This document shows, in pieces, positions 32,831 to 45,379 of a stretch of DNA of 64,000 nucleotides; the first letter of the stretch is position 1; each line of letters begins with the position of its first letter. A program made the translations under genes and the position numbers. A model generated the notes under the pieces. The model made no database searches. It was not told where the DNA came from and saw only the letters and a program-made list of their open reading frames with translations. The stretch is from Tieghemostelium lacteum (taxonomy: Eukaryota), in the NCBI GenBank assembly GCA_001606155.1, contig LODT01000035.1, positions 484,658 through 548,657 of the forward strand. The letters are read 5' to 3'.

Positions 32831-35800
32831 TCATTTTTTTTCATCTCGTTTGATTTTAGGTGGTACTTTACTGCTGACTTTAGAAAAGGATTGTGGTGGT
32901 GTCTTTGGAGCTCTATTGGTTGGTTTGGTAACTTTTTTAATTTTAGATTTTTCAACTTCAGAGTCTTCAGATGAGTCTTCTGATGAACTCTCAGATTCAG
33001 AGGAAGAAGTAGGATGATTTGGTGTTAATTTTCTTTTGAGTGTTGGTTTTATAGGTCTAGTTATAATTGGATTCTTTTGATCTCTAATAGCAGTGGTGGT
33101 AGTTGTTTTTCTATTTTTACTATTTTTTATAGATGGTATACCAAATTCAGATTCATTAGATTCATCATCTGTTAACAGTATTGGGGGTGTTAATTTTTTT
33201 TTGGGTATAGTTGGAATTGACTTTATATTATTCATTGTTGATTTCTTATTATTATTTTTACTATTTTTGGTTGATGAGTCAGAACTAGAATCAGTCTTTA
33301 GAATATCTTTCTTTTTCTCTGTAATCTTGTGTCCTTTTGAATTGAATTTTGATTTATCAAATGGTGTTTCATAAACATTTAAACCATCATCAGAACCACT
33401 TTCAATAATATTTTCTTTTGGTGATGTGGATTTAGGTTTAGATGTTTGTGATGTTACAATAACATCATCAGTGGTTGGAACATCAGTCATTGTGATATCA
33501 ATATCTTGGTTATCTTGAAATGCTTGATTTAACAAATCCCTTTCCTCTTTTAACATTTCCTCTCTTGTGAGACTCTTTTCTCCATCAGAGCTACCTGAAT
33601 TCATTATAGGTGATTTCTGTTTCTGTGAAGTAGATGATTTCTGAGAAGATGGAGGTGATGAAGTACTATTATTTGTAATATTTTGATGTGAGTTAATTAT
33701 TCTACTTAATTCCAAATCCTCTTGTTGTTGTTGTTCACTTGTTAATGACGATGATATATGACCATTCGGATTCTCAACAATTTCCAAACTACTAGTATCA
33801 AATGAGGTTGAGAGTCTATGTTCAGTCTCTACAAACTCCAATTCATAAGTCTTTTCATCTTCTTCAGTTAACTGACTAGGATCATGTTTCTTTCTTAGTG
33901 TATATATAAGTGATCTGATAACATCTCTTTTTGCATCAGTTTGTGATGTTGGAAACCATGCTGGTCTTTGAAACTGAATAAAACCAATTAATTAGTATCA
34001 CAATCTTGAAATAAAGGAAAATGATGGGAGTTTACTTACTGCACAATTTTTTGGGAATTTCTTTTCAGGATTTTTACAAAATAGTTCAATATAATGAAGT
34101 AAAAATATACCACAATCTGAGTAGTTTTGTTGCATTGGTACATGTCCTGTAAAGATTGGGAATTTCTTAGGATCTTGAAATGACCTTTCACCATGTTGTG
34201 ATCTTTTATGTTTCCATTCCAAAGTCAAGTATTTACGTAAATGTGATACAATTGAATTTGGTTTCTTATAGAGTGAATCCAAATATATCATACAAGGTCG
34301 AATAGAATCACTGGCATTATCCTGATCGTGACCTGGAAAACATATAATTACAAGTGACCAATGTGACTCCTTATTAATAGGAACAAATACAAAATCCTTT
34401 TGAAAAATGTCAGCTCCCAATGTCCATTTCTTAATCTCCGAATATGAAGATTCCATATTACTCAAATTAGTCAGTTTTTTAAAGAAAAAACTATTAAAAA
34501 AGAAAAATCTATCTTTGTTCTCTTCTGATATATATTCATCTATAATATACCTATTTACATTAATTAGTATGGAAAGAGTTTATAGTGTAGTATCTATATA
34601 GAATGAAAATACAAACTTTGTATAGAATTCTATAATAGAATCATTTAGGAATTCACCCTTATCCAGTCTTCTCATGTCACTCCTATATATGGTAACTTGT
34701 GGTATTATTTTATTATCTTTATCTACATTGGATTTTGGGTACTGAATCATAATGTCATCTTGTGTTACTTTTAATTTTGGTTTGGAAGGTTTTGGTCTAT
34801 TTATAGGTGTTGTAAAAGAGGATGTAGTGGAGGATATTGATGAGTAGGTAGTTGATGATGGTGTTGTTGTTGTTGGTTTTGTTGAATAAGATGATGATGA
34901 TGGTGGTGAGTGTATAGTATGAATATTACTCCCACTAATTTTGTTTTTAAGTTTTTGAGTGTGTTCTGTGATGCTTACAGAATATTTACTAGGCTGAGGT
35001 TTTTGAATTTGTGAAGTAGTAGAACTAAATGCGTTGGTAAATGTGTTTTTGGTGTTGGATTTTGAAGGTGCTACTCTATCATCTTCAGGACTACTACTGC
35101 TATCAATATCTTCAGTACCTACAAATTTGAGAATACCAATATTTCCAAAACTAGATTTATAGTCAAATTTATCGGATATACCACAGAGTGTAACTGGTGT
35201 ATGAACATACTCTTTAGTTTGTTTACCAGAGGTACTTATAAGTCTGTTCATATTAAACTGAATAACATCATTTCCAATGATAATCTTGGAAATATCCTTG
35301 TATTCCAATACAAATGTCACATCAATTTGGTGACATGGTATTCTCAATTGTCGCTTACCAAATGATACCTTTCCAACTTTAAATTCAGCAGGTCCCGAGG
35401 ATCTATCCTTTATAACACTCTGTATAATAACTTTAGTTGCATCAATTTCAAATTTTGTTGGATCTGGTATATGAATTGAAATTGAAGATACTGATCTATC
35501 ATCTACACTACTGTTATGTTCTAGTTCTTCCTCATCACTTGAGTTATCAAATATAGGTTCTGGTGGTTGAGGTTCATAGGAACTAGAGAATCCATTGTCA
35601 ATCTCTAAACCCTCTCTTGTCCTACTTTTATTTGGTGATTCCTGTTTGTGTTGATGTTTTTGTCTATTCTGATTCCCTATCTCTTTAAAAATCTTATTAA
35701 AGGAATCATTGGCATTTGGTACCTTACTAGCAAGTTTAAATGTAGATGTTTTCACTATAGGTTTTTCTTTTTCAAACGCTAAATAGTCAAGTTGGAGAGG

Positions 35801-35836
35801 TTCTCCTGGTTCTGAAAATTTTTTATTATAACTCAT
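32831..35836 (-). CDS. SUMO/sentrin-specific protease (Ulp1/SENP, peptidase C48); complement(join(32831..33973,34040..34550,34617..35836)), about 957 aa
   Basis: C48 catalytic domain is split across three exons: ...EFLNDSIIEFYTK / YIIDEYISEENKDRFFFFNSFFFKKL...SYSEIKKWTLGADIFQKDFVFVPINKESHWSLVIICF...QQNYSDCGIFLLHYIELFCKNPEKKFPKNCA / FQRPAWFPTSQTDAKRDVIRSLIY. The His...Asp...Gln...Cys order is as in Ulp1 (HWSLVII, D, QQNYSDCGIF). Introns are 66 nt each, in frame: GTTTGT...AAATAG and GTAAGT...TATTCAG. A long S/T-rich N-terminal region precedes the domain. Confidence 0.8.
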
Positions 35837-36228
35837 TATACGTGTATATACATTGAAGTAATTGAACTATAATCTTGAAATAGATAGTCGAAGTGGGTGT
35901 TTTTACAAATAAAAACTAATTCATAAAAATTCAAATTTTCAATTTTTAATTTATTAAAAAACTGAATAATTTTATTTTTAATGAACATTATAGATTAATC
36001 ATTGTGGAAATAGATATATACAAAACCAAAAATAACAAATCAAATTTGAATTTGAAGAATTTTAATTTAACAAAGATTTTATAGATATCGTATTTTTTTT
36101 CATTTTTTTTGCTAATCAAATTGCGAAAATTAACTAAAATCTTCAACAATAGCATGTTATAAATATTAGTTTTTTTACTCTCTATTTTTTTTTTAAGATT
36201 AAACAACATTTCTTATTTATTAATAGTA

Positions 36229-37923
36229 ATGGATAATAATAATATTAAATATATACCAATAACAACAATAAAAGAAGGGCAGACATTTGATAAGGATTAT
36301 TATCAACAAAAGGCAACACCAGATACACAGTCACCTAAAGATGGATACTATCATGTAAATGTTGGTGTTCAAGTTGTTGATGAACTAAAGAGTGCAACTA
36401 CTATTCGTGTATCAGAGATGGAGAAGAAACTCTTTCAATTGTTAATGACAGTGGTCAGAGAGAGTGGATGTGGATCAACATTGAGAGTTGCAGGTGGATG
36501 GGTTAGAGATAAATTACGTGGTGACAATTCACATGATATTGATATTGCATTGGATAACATGATGGGTGCTACATTTGCTGAATTGGTTAATAAACATTTA
36601 GAAGAAACTCATCAAGAGGTACATAGAATCGGAGTTATTCAGTCTAACCCTGACCAATCGAAACACTTGGAGACTGCAACTGTTAAAGTCTATGACATGT
36701 GGATTGATTTTGTAAATTTAAGATCAGAGACCTATACAGAAGGCTCGAGAATACCTACTATTGATATCGGAACACCTCTAGAAGACGCACTAAGACGTGA
36801 TTTGACAATTAACTCACTGTTTTTTAATATCAATGAAAATTTGATACAGGATTATATTGGCACTGCTATAAAGGATTTGCAGTTGGGTATCATTAGAACA
36901 CCTCTACCTCCATTAACTACATTTCTAGATGACCCTCTACGTGTATTCAGATCTATTAGATTTGCAACTAGAATGTATTTTGCAATTGATAAATATTTGA
37001 TGGAAGCTGCTTCAAATCAACAAGTAAAAGATGCAATTCATACAAAGATTAGTCACCAGAGAATTGCAAAAGAGTTTGATGGAATGGTTACTGGTCCCAG
37101 ACCGGATTTGGCAATACATTTAATTCAACAACTTGGGCTATACCAATACCTCTTTGCATTGCCACCCGGATATAACGAATTGTCAAAAATCAATTATATC
37201 GATGCTTCATGTAACTATATAAACCAAATGATGAGATTAGCTCATTGGGGTGAAAACAGTGAGGAGTTGTCAACTAAACGTGTTAGACTTCTCTCAGCTC
37301 TCATGATACCTTTCCACACACTAACCTATAAAAATCCGCAAAATAAGAATCGTATTCAAACACTTATTCAATATATTCTATTGGACCATTTGAAACTCTC
37401 AAATAAGGACTATGATGATGTAATACTGATTTTAGATTGTGCAAAAATGTTCTTACCTCTTATAACACAGTTTCAAACAAACAATACATTTAATAGAAAA
37501 CTAGTTGGATTGGCAATGGCTAAAGCAGGTGTACTGTGGAGAGCATCTCTATCCATTGCAATGGTCATTGAATTACCAGATCACCAATTTAACTTCACAT
37601 TCCCTATGCATGACAGTGAAGAGACCCCAAAGATCTTTAATCATCATACTCACACACATCCACACCATCAACCAATGTGTGACCAATCCAAAAACATTTG
37701 TCTACTGTATGACCAATTTTGTGCAACTATTGATACTCATGGTCTCATTGGATGTTGGTCTATCAAAAGACTTTTAGATGGTAACCAAGTAAAAGAAATT
37801 CTACAAAAAGCACCTGGATCTTGGTTAGCACCTGTCATTCAAGCAATCTTTGAATGGCAATTAGAAAATCCAACAAAAACAGTTGATCAATGTAAAGAAT
37901 GGTTAATTGCAACCTATAAATAA
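36229..37923 (+). CDS. CCA tRNA nucleotidyltransferase (TRNT1-like CCA-adding enzyme), 564 aa
   Basis: Pol-beta-like nucleotidyltransferase head LRVAGGWVRDKLRGDNSHDIDIALDN (GGxVRD...DxD). Then RRDLTINSLFFN (the RRD motif) and the tRNA-NT body LDDPLRVFRSIRFATRM. Confidence 0.85.
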   Translation: MDNNNIKYIPITTIKEGQTFDKDYYQQKATPDTQSPKDGYYHVNVGVQVVDELKSATTIRVSEMEKKLFQLLMTVVRESGCGSTLRVAGGWVRDKLRGDNSHDIDIALDNMMGATFAELVNKHLEETHQEVHRIGVIQSNPDQSKHLETATVKVYDMWIDFVNLRSETYTEGSRIPTIDIGTPLEDALRRDLTINSLFFNINENLIQDYIGTAIKDLQLGIIRTPLPPLTTFLDDPLRVFRSIRFATRMYFAIDKYLMEAASNQQVKDAIHTKISHQRIAKEFDGMVTGPRPDLAIHLIQQLGLYQYLFALPPGYNELSKINYIDASCNYINQMMRLAHWGENSEELSTKRVRLLSALMIPFHTLTYKNPQNKNRIQTLIQYILLDHLKLSNKDYDDVILILDCAKMFLPLITQFQTNNTFNRKLVGLAMAKAGVLWRASLSIAMVIELPDHQFNFTFPMHDSEETPKIFNHHTHTHPHHQPMCDQSKNICLLYDQFCATIDTHGLIGCWSIKRLLDGNQVKEILQKAPGSWLAPVIQAIFEWQLENPTKTVDQCKEWLIATYK

Positions 37924-38165
37924 ACCAATTCATTTATAATATCCATTTTTTTTTTCATTGCTTGAAATCTATCATTTTTCTAAATTGAAAACATATATTA
38001 TACAATAATTAAAACAATACTAATTTCAATAATATTCGTCGTCAGGAAATTTAAGTAACACTTTTTTCGAAATTAAATTCAAAAAAAATAAAATTTTGAA
38101 TCAAGGAAAAAACTTTTTTTTTTGCTTATCTTTGACCTTTTTGTTTGACACAGAGACTATACACC

Positions 38166-38850
38166 ATGGCCCCAAAAAGTAGGTGGAAATAACATAGGAA
38201 TAGAGGATATGAATTATACACAACAGGATGACATTATCTAACATCTATCTATAACAGCCAACCAATTGAAGCAAGATCTTTCAGTTAAAAAGAACGCCAT
38301 CAGCATTAAATCCCCAGCTGCTGCTCAAAAAGTTAAAGCTACTACCGCAGCCACCGCTGTCAAGAAGGGTATTGCTAAAACTTCAAACCGTAAGATCAGA
38401 ACCTCAATTGTCTTCAGGTAATTATACTATACACACACATACCCACCAAAACATGAGTTTAGGCAAAAGAAAGATAAACACAGGGAATTGGATATTAATT
38501 GATATAATTAAAATAATAGACGTCCAAAGACCTTATGTCTCCCAAAAAATCCAGCTTACCCAAGATCATCTGTAAAGAAAGTATCTAAAATGGACAAATT
38601 CAGAATCTTGAAATCTCCATTGACCACTGAATCTTGCACTAAAAAGATTGAAAAGTTCAACACCATCACTTTTATGGTTGATATGTTCGCCAACAAATCT
38701 CAAATTGCTCAAGCTGTCAGCAAAATGTACGATGTTAAAGTCAAGAGAGTCAACACTTTGATTACCCCAAGAGGTGAAAAGAAAGCTTTTGTTAAACTTA
38801 CCCCAGAATTTGAAGCTGCTGATGTTGCCAACAGAATCGGTTTAATTTAA
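38166..38850 (+). CDS. rpl23a: 60S ribosomal protein L23a (uL23); join(38166..38178,38258..38417,38520..38850), 167 aa
   Basis: MAPK / TNQLKQDLSVKK...KIRTSIVFR / RPKTLCLPKNPAYPRSSVKKVSKMDKFRILKSPLTTESCTKKIEKFNTITFMVDMFANKSQIAQAVSKMYDVKVKRVNTLITPRGEKKAFVKLTPEFEAADVANRIGLI matches human RPL23A (KIRTSPTFRRPKTL...[78 protein letters not shown]). Intron donors are GTAGGT and GTAATT. Confidence 0.9.
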
Positions 38851-39170
38851 ACTATTATTGTCAATTTAAATAAAACCTATTCATTTTTATATAAAAAGCA
38901 AAAAGAATCCTCTACATCAAAAATACACATATAACAAATCAACATATGGTTTCCCTCCTATTGCCAACCTCTCCTTTTTGTTTATTTACAAATAAAATTA
39001 TGAAAGAGTAATTAATTTAAATGAATTTTGATCGATTAAAACCACTCCCCTATCTCTTTATAAAAATTAAATTTAATTTTCAACCATTTTCGGAAAACCG
39101 AATCAATCGAGTGTTTATTTGTAATTTTAAAACAAATTTTTATTTTTATTTAAACAACAAATAGATAGCA

Positions 39171-40091
39171 ATGGATTTGAGTAAATTTGAAGGATGGATG
39201 ATTGCTAGTGGTTGGCAAAAGGGTAAAGGTTTAGGTAAAAACGAAGATGGTATCACTAAAGCAATCCACGTAGAGAAAAAGTCTAATACAACTGGTATTG
39301 GATCTACAGGATTCAAATGGGATAATCAATGGTGGGAGGACGTATACAGTCACAAACCAATACAAATAGGTTCAGAAGATCAACAAGATCTCATTGAAAC
39401 TCGTACCAAAACCCCTAAAACATCAACAATTGTAAATAAGTTAAATAGTAAAAATAGTAATAGTAAGACTTTATCTCAAAATGAGAGTGAAGATACTCAA
39501 AAAGTAGAGATTGACAGAACTAAATTAGTTTTTGGTAATTTCCAAAAATCAACAGTTATGTTATCAGATTTTGATGAGACAGTAAATGTACAATCAGAAG
39601 CTATTAAAGAAAGTGTGGTTGTTGATATATCATCATCCTCTTCTTCTGTTAATATAATCACTGCTGATGAAGAATTCAGTGCTTGTAAAGGTAGATTTTT
39701 AAGAAAATATGCACCAACTGGTAAATTACAAAGATTAAAAGATATAGATGAGGGTAAATTGGTAATCGAACCTAAACAACCTACATCTAAGAATAAAAGA
39801 AAATTAGATCAAGAAAATGAAGAAATTCAATCAACCACCACTGATGAAAAAGATATTAAAAAGATTAAAGTTGACAATAATAGTAGTATAGATAAAAGTG
39901 AAAAGAAAGTTAAAAAGGAAAAGAAAGAAAAGAAAGAGAAAAAGGATAAAAAAGAAAAGAAATCATCTAAAAAGGATAAAAAAGAAACAAAAGAAGAAGA
40001 AGTAAATGAAGAAAAGAAAGATAAAAAAGTTAAAAAGGAAAAGAAATCATCTAAAAAGGATAAAAAAGATAAAAAGAAAAATGATGATTAG
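39171..40091 (+). CDS. G-patch domain nucleolar protein (PinX1/Gno1-like) with a K/E-rich tail, 306 aa
   Basis: N-terminal FEGWMIASGWQKGKGLGKNEDGITKAIHVEKKSNTTGIG is the G-patch consensus (compare PinX1 MLEKMGWSKGKGLGAQEQGATDHIKVQVKNNHLGLG). The C-terminus is (KKEKKEKK)n. Confidence 0.55.
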   Translation: MDLSKFEGWMIASGWQKGKGLGKNEDGITKAIHVEKKSNTTGIGSTGFKWDNQWWEDVYSHKPIQIGSEDQQDLIETRTKTPKTSTIVNKLNSKNSNSKTLSQNESEDTQKVEIDRTKLVFGNFQKSTVMLSDFDETVNVQSEAIKESVVVDISSSSSSVNIITADEEFSACKGRFLRKYAPTGKLQRLKDIDEGKLVIEPKQPTSKNKRKLDQENEEIQSTTTDEKDIKKIKVDNNSSIDKSEKKVKKEKKEKKEKKDKKEKKSSKKDKKETKEEEVNEEKKDKKVKKEKKSSKKDKKDKKKNDD

Positions 40092-40158
40092 ATTGAATCA
40101 TTTTGAATATTGCTTTTAAAAAACTATATCTATATATTCTATATCATACAACAATTAT

Positions 40159-41478
40159 TTATTTGAATTTTTGAATTAAAAGTGCATTTAGTAGACCAGC
40201 ATCTTTTAGAGTTGTTTTTGGATCAGTTGTAATTGGTTTTTGTGGGAAACCAGTTAGAATATCAAATGGTCTATAACTGCTGCTACTATTGGCATTGATA
40301 TAACTAATTACATCTGAAATAGTATGATCTTGATTGAATGTAGTTGAAAGTTTACTACCATCTGCTAAACGAATTTGAACAGTTGTTGTTGGTTTACTAC
40401 TATCAACTTTAACTGTACTACTATTATTATTACCACCACTTGATGATGAGGATGTAGAGGAAGAGGATGTAGAGGTTGTTGAGGTGGTAGTTGATGTACT
40501 TGTAGTAGTAGATGATGCACTACCTAATGAATGACCACCACCAGAGAATGCTACATATTTTGGTTTTGGTGGTTCAGTCCATTCTTTATTTCTTTGATCT
40601 ACCAAAACAATAGGTACACCATTTTTACCTGATCTACTGACAAGTTCTTGAGGTACAACAGAATGTTTAATATCCTCTAAAAATTCTCTATTGGCTGGAT
40701 TGTCATAGGCACGAATTGGACCTTCATCAACAGTGAAACCGTTTGACCAAAATGTGATTTTTACATCTTTTTCAGGTTCCTGTTTCTGTTGTGGTTGTGA
40801 AACAATTTTTGCAGATTGTTGACCAAGTGAGTTACCTAATTGGTATGCGGTACCATCAAATGTTGGTTGTTGTACAACTTGTGGTTTCTTTTCTGAGGCT
40901 GGTACAGCACCTTGTGATTTTGCACCTTCAAATACATTATCTACAACTTCATCTTTATTGGCTTCCTTCTTTTTAGGAGCACTTTGTACCATAAGACCAC
41001 TCTTTTCTCCTCCTGTAAAGTAATTTTGAGTTTTATCATCATCATCACCATCATCATCATGATCATGGTCTTCATCATCGTCATTATTAAAATCTGATAA
41101 AGTCTTTATTCCACCTCTACTTCCACTACTGCTACTAGTAGTTTTCTTAGTACTTTGTGAAGATGCAACTGATTTTGAATATTGAGAAGTTGCTTGTGAA
41201 ACATGATGTTGTTGTGGTTGTTGTGGTTGTGGTACTACTGGCTGAGGTTGATGACTACTTGGTTGTACATGACCACCAACATTTGTCTCTAAATAAGATA
41301 ATACTGCTGCCTTTATATATCAAAGAGAATAATCAATATTCAATTTCATTATTATTATAATTTATGATTACAATTAACCTACCTCAACATCACCACCATG
41401 ACTTTCTATATAAAATGCACTTTCTTGATCGTTTGCACCTGTAATAGATTGAAACTGTTTAACTAATTCTTCACTCAT
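40159..41478 (-). CDS. NSFL1 cofactor p47 (UBA-like - SEP - UBX) homolog; complement(join(40159..41310,41383..41478)), about 415 aa
   Basis: Exon 1 reads MSEELVKQFQSITGANDQESAFYIESHGGDVE (p47 UBA-like N-terminus). Exon 2 carries the acidic linker, the SEP domain (ITFWSNGFTVDEGPIRAYDNPANREFLEDIKHSVVPQEL) and the UBX domain (TTVQIRLADGSKLSTTFNQDHTISDVISYI...FPQKPI). Together these align with human p47. A 72-nt intron has a GTAGGT donor and a TATAAAG acceptor. Confidence 0.85.
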
Positions 41479-41596
41479 TTCTAAAAAATTATAATTTAAT
41501 AAATTGTAAAATAAAAAAAATAAAAAAAATAAAAAAAAAAAAGAAAATTAAATTAAATTTTTTGATGATCACAATTTTGAAACACATGGTGTAACG

Positions 41597-42995
41597 TTAT
41601 GATTTGGATTCTTTATTTTCATTTTCTTTTAATTGTTTCTTGTAATTGATTTGTGGTGGTTTATCTTGATTTTGCTTTTTTTCAATAAATTTTGATTTAT
41701 TAAAACCTGTAATTTTGAGAATGGTATGTCTGATCTCATCAATACCAGTCTTATCAACTGAACTACTTTGAATGATATAAGGTAGACAACAAACTAAATC
41801 TCTAAGTTGAATTTTAATGTCATTATAGATTTTCTTTAGAGTGGATGGAGTTGATTTATCCGCTTTGGTAAGAACCATTTGAAATGGTACTTTATGTTCC
41901 TCCAACATTTTCATCACCTCTATATCATTCTTTTTCAAACCAATTCTACTATCAACCAATAAAAATACTTTAAATATCTTACTGGTCAGTAGATACTCTG
42001 AAATACTTTCACCCCAGACTGTAGATTTATTTTTTGAGACCTTTGCATAACCGTATCCAGGTAAATCAACTAAATATAATTTCTCCCACATTTGATAGAA
42101 ATTTACAGTTTTTGTGGTGCCCTATACATTTAAATTTGTAAGTGATATCATTCTTCGTCTACAGAAGTCTCCACCCTACTTTAATACATACAGGTGTTTT
42201 TGAGGTAAATGCCAATTCAGACTTATTCACAAGTGAATTGAGTAAAGAAGATTTACCAACATTTGATTTTCCTAAAAATGCAACTTGTGGATAAGGTTTT
42301 GAAGGAAAATCTGATGACTTAATTGCCATCTTTTCCAACACAACAGGTTTTGAAAAGAAGAGATCAGAAAATCTTTTATCTTCTAAATTCATTGGTTCAG
42401 GGCCTTCAGAAGTTGCCAATTCCACTAGTTCATTTGGAATTCTAACTTTTGAGATCTCCATAGTACCTTGTTCAATCATTAGCTTTTTAAAACGAATTTC
42501 AAATTCAATTTCATTTGCACTACTGTTTTCGTCTGTAAAGAGTCTAGTTGAATTAAGACTATCAATTTCCTCTTGAGTTAGCGGTATTTTGATCTTTGGT
42601 TTTATAGTACTTGATTTAGGTGTCTGTACAGGTTGATCTATAATCTCATTGGTATCCATTTCCATGTCACCATCATTTATATCAAGATTACTATTTACAG
42701 AGTTCATTTGTAGTACTCTGTCTTCAAATGTTATATTTTGATTTAATTGTTTACGTTTTTTAACAATTTCTTCATGAGTAAATTTTATATAGGATTGTTT
42801 CATTCCTTTGTTACTTGGAGTTTGTGGAGATGATTTTCCACCTTTTTTATATTTTCCTTGAAAGTATGATCTAGTGATAAAAAGTGAATTATTGCATCCT
42901 ATTGAATTTTTCAACGAATCTTTAAATAAATTTCCTATACTGTTTAACCATTGATTTGTTGTTAAATGCCTTTGAGATTTGATCAAAAAATTCAT
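41597..42995 (-). CDS. EngB/YihA-type ribosome-biogenesis GTPase (GTPBP8-like), probably organellar; complement(join(41597..42121,42192..42995))
   Basis: G1 motif [17 protein letters not shown]. ...AFTSKTP / [32 protein letters not shown] (G3 DLPGYG). ...LTKADK (G4). A 70-nt intron has a GTATGT donor and a GTATAG acceptor. Basic N-terminal extension. Confidence 0.75.
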
Positions 42996-43924
42996 TTGAT
43001 AAAACGATCGAATTTTTAATTAAATTCAAAAAAAAAATTTTTTTCTCATTTTTAAGAAAAGTGTATCAAAAGATTTGTTATTATAAAAATTATTATTATT
43101 TTAATTTTTAATTTCTATATAATATAGTATTTACAATAACACCCAATACCTCTTTCTTTAAAATCAAACTTTTATTGTTTATCATTTAACTTTTAAAGTA
43201 AAGTTAAATATTATAATTTTAAAATTGTTATATTTAAAAATATTAGTGATTGATGGGGGTTAATGTAAAATAAAGATTAATAACTCAATTTTAATCGAAT
43301 CTCATTGACACAAACATTGATTGATAATGTTTAGATATAAAATAAGAATAGTGATATAAAACATTGTTATTATAATCAAACAAACAATTTGTTTTTAAAA
43401 TCAAAAACACACCTTTCTAATATATATGTATTATAATATTTAATCGCATTTTTATTTTAAAAAATGTGTTAACATAAAAATTGATTATAAAGTTTTGTAG
43501 TCAGTTGTTGTTGAATGAATAAAATATTAAATACACTAATATTAATATAGATAAAAAGTGTGTTTTATTAGTGGTTTATTTGTTGTTATTGATAATGTCA
43601 GCTGAAAAAAATACTGTTTGTTATTGTTAAAAAGTAATTGTAGTATTATCACAGTGACACATTCAAACTACTACTACTAAAAAACCACAAATTTTATTTT
43701 CAAGATTCACTACTATTACCACCGGTAACAGTATATTAATATCAATCGACTTTTAAAATTTTGAGATTTACTAAACACATAAATACACTACCACACCATT
43801 AATAAAAACAAATTTAAATCCAATCAAATGAATTTAAATATATTTAGAGTATACATTGGTATTTTGGACTCCAATGAAAAACGAAATTGATACTATATAT
43901 GTATATATTTTTTTATAACAACAA

Positions 43925-43988
43925 AACACACCACACACATCAAAAAAAAAAAAATATTTATATAAAACAACACACCCACACTCACAAC
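43925..43988. promoter_or_regulatory. CA-rich elements (acacaccacacacatc ... caacacacccacactcacaac) in the 3.1-kb intergenic region
   Basis: C/A-rich tracts (GT-rich on the other strand) resemble Dictyostelium CAE / G-box promoter elements. Confidence 0.3.
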
Positions 43989-44250
43989 TATACATTTTCA
44001 TGTTTGTCTTTTAAATAAATCTATAGTGTCAGAGTGAAAAATAGTGCTTTAATTATGTGTAAAGTAAAATATGTATTAATTTTATAATTAATAAAATGTT
44101 TAAACATTGTTTTTATAAAATTTTGATGTACTTTGTTGTTATTTATTTTCTATCCCCAGTGAGAGTGTAGTAAATACTAACAGTTATTTGGATAGGGAAT
44201 GAGAGTGTGTGGTATTTGTTTTATTAAACACTCGAAATGTATCTGAAAAT

Positions 44251-44286
44251 ACACACCCACACCCCACAAAAACACCCCCACACATA
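44251..44286. promoter_or_regulatory. CA-rich element acacacccacaccccacaaaaacacccccacacat
   Basis: As above. Complement is GTGTGGGGG...GGTGTGGGTGTGT, a G-box-like motif. Confidence 0.3.
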
Positions 44287-45230
44287 ATCTTACCATGTAT
44301 TATAAAATTTTTTGGTCAAATTAAATAGTAATCGTAGTACACCCAAATTAAAATTTGTATATTGGATCAAATATTGTTGTTATTGTATTTATCACAATTG
44401 GTTTTGTATTATATTGAAACTCTAAATTTAAATATCAATTTTCTTATTATTATTATTTTTTTTTTAATATTATAATATTACATTTTGTTGCTGCTGTTTT
44501 ATAAATTTTATTTGAATTCTTCCAAATATATATAAATCTATTAAAAGATATATTTCATATATTTTAAATCATTTTATTATTTTTTTTTTTTAAAATTAAC
44601 ATTACAAAATATCTTCCACATATATAAATTCACAATACAACCATAGTTTTTGTATCCCCCTACCAAATATATTCATCTAAAATATTTTAGTTTTTACATT
44701 TTACATTTTTGGATCTTTTTTTTCCATATTTTCAAAGGTAAGAGAAAAACAACAAATTTCAATCAATCAATCAATATTATATTGTTTTTTTATTACAATT
44801 TATTTCATGTTATCCAAATTAATTTTTATCATTTAAAATATGAAACAAGAACCTAAGAAATAGTAGGCAAATCTGCAAATTAATTAAATTAACAAAAAAA
44901 AAACCCACACATATTACACAATTGGATTTGGTGTTTACATCTGTAATTTATTTTAAAAGTAATTTTTGTTTTCCACTTTTTTTACTTATTTTTGGTACTT
45001 ATTATAAAATATATATACTTTAAAATTTTCTATCTCTCTTTCTGTCTATTGTCTTTTCATTTTAACAAAAATTTAGAAAAATAACTGTTTGTTTCATTGC
45101 CTACTGTGTTAGTAAATAGATAAAACAACAATAAGAAATGTAAAAATTTAAAAAAAACTTTCCATCTTTGTCTAATTTAATATAGTTTTCCAATTGTCAC
45201 CATTTATCCAATCATAGATTAGTTTTGGTT

Positions 45231-45379
45231 TATATGTGTGTGTGTTTGTGTGTGTGGGTAAAAAATATTTATGTGTGTGGTTTGATATTTAAGATTTACT
45301 TTATGTTGATGGTGATGATGTTGGTGTCTGTCTATTCTATTTATATAGACCCAATTTTTGTGTGGGTGTGTGTTTTATG
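45231..45379. promoter_or_regulatory. GT-rich / TGTGGGTGTGTG G-box-like elements (45231..45259 and 45356..45379) about 0.8 kb upstream of the homeobox gene
   Basis: tatatgtgtgtgtgtttgtgtgtgtggg and tttttgtgtgggtgtgtgttttatg. Confidence 0.35.
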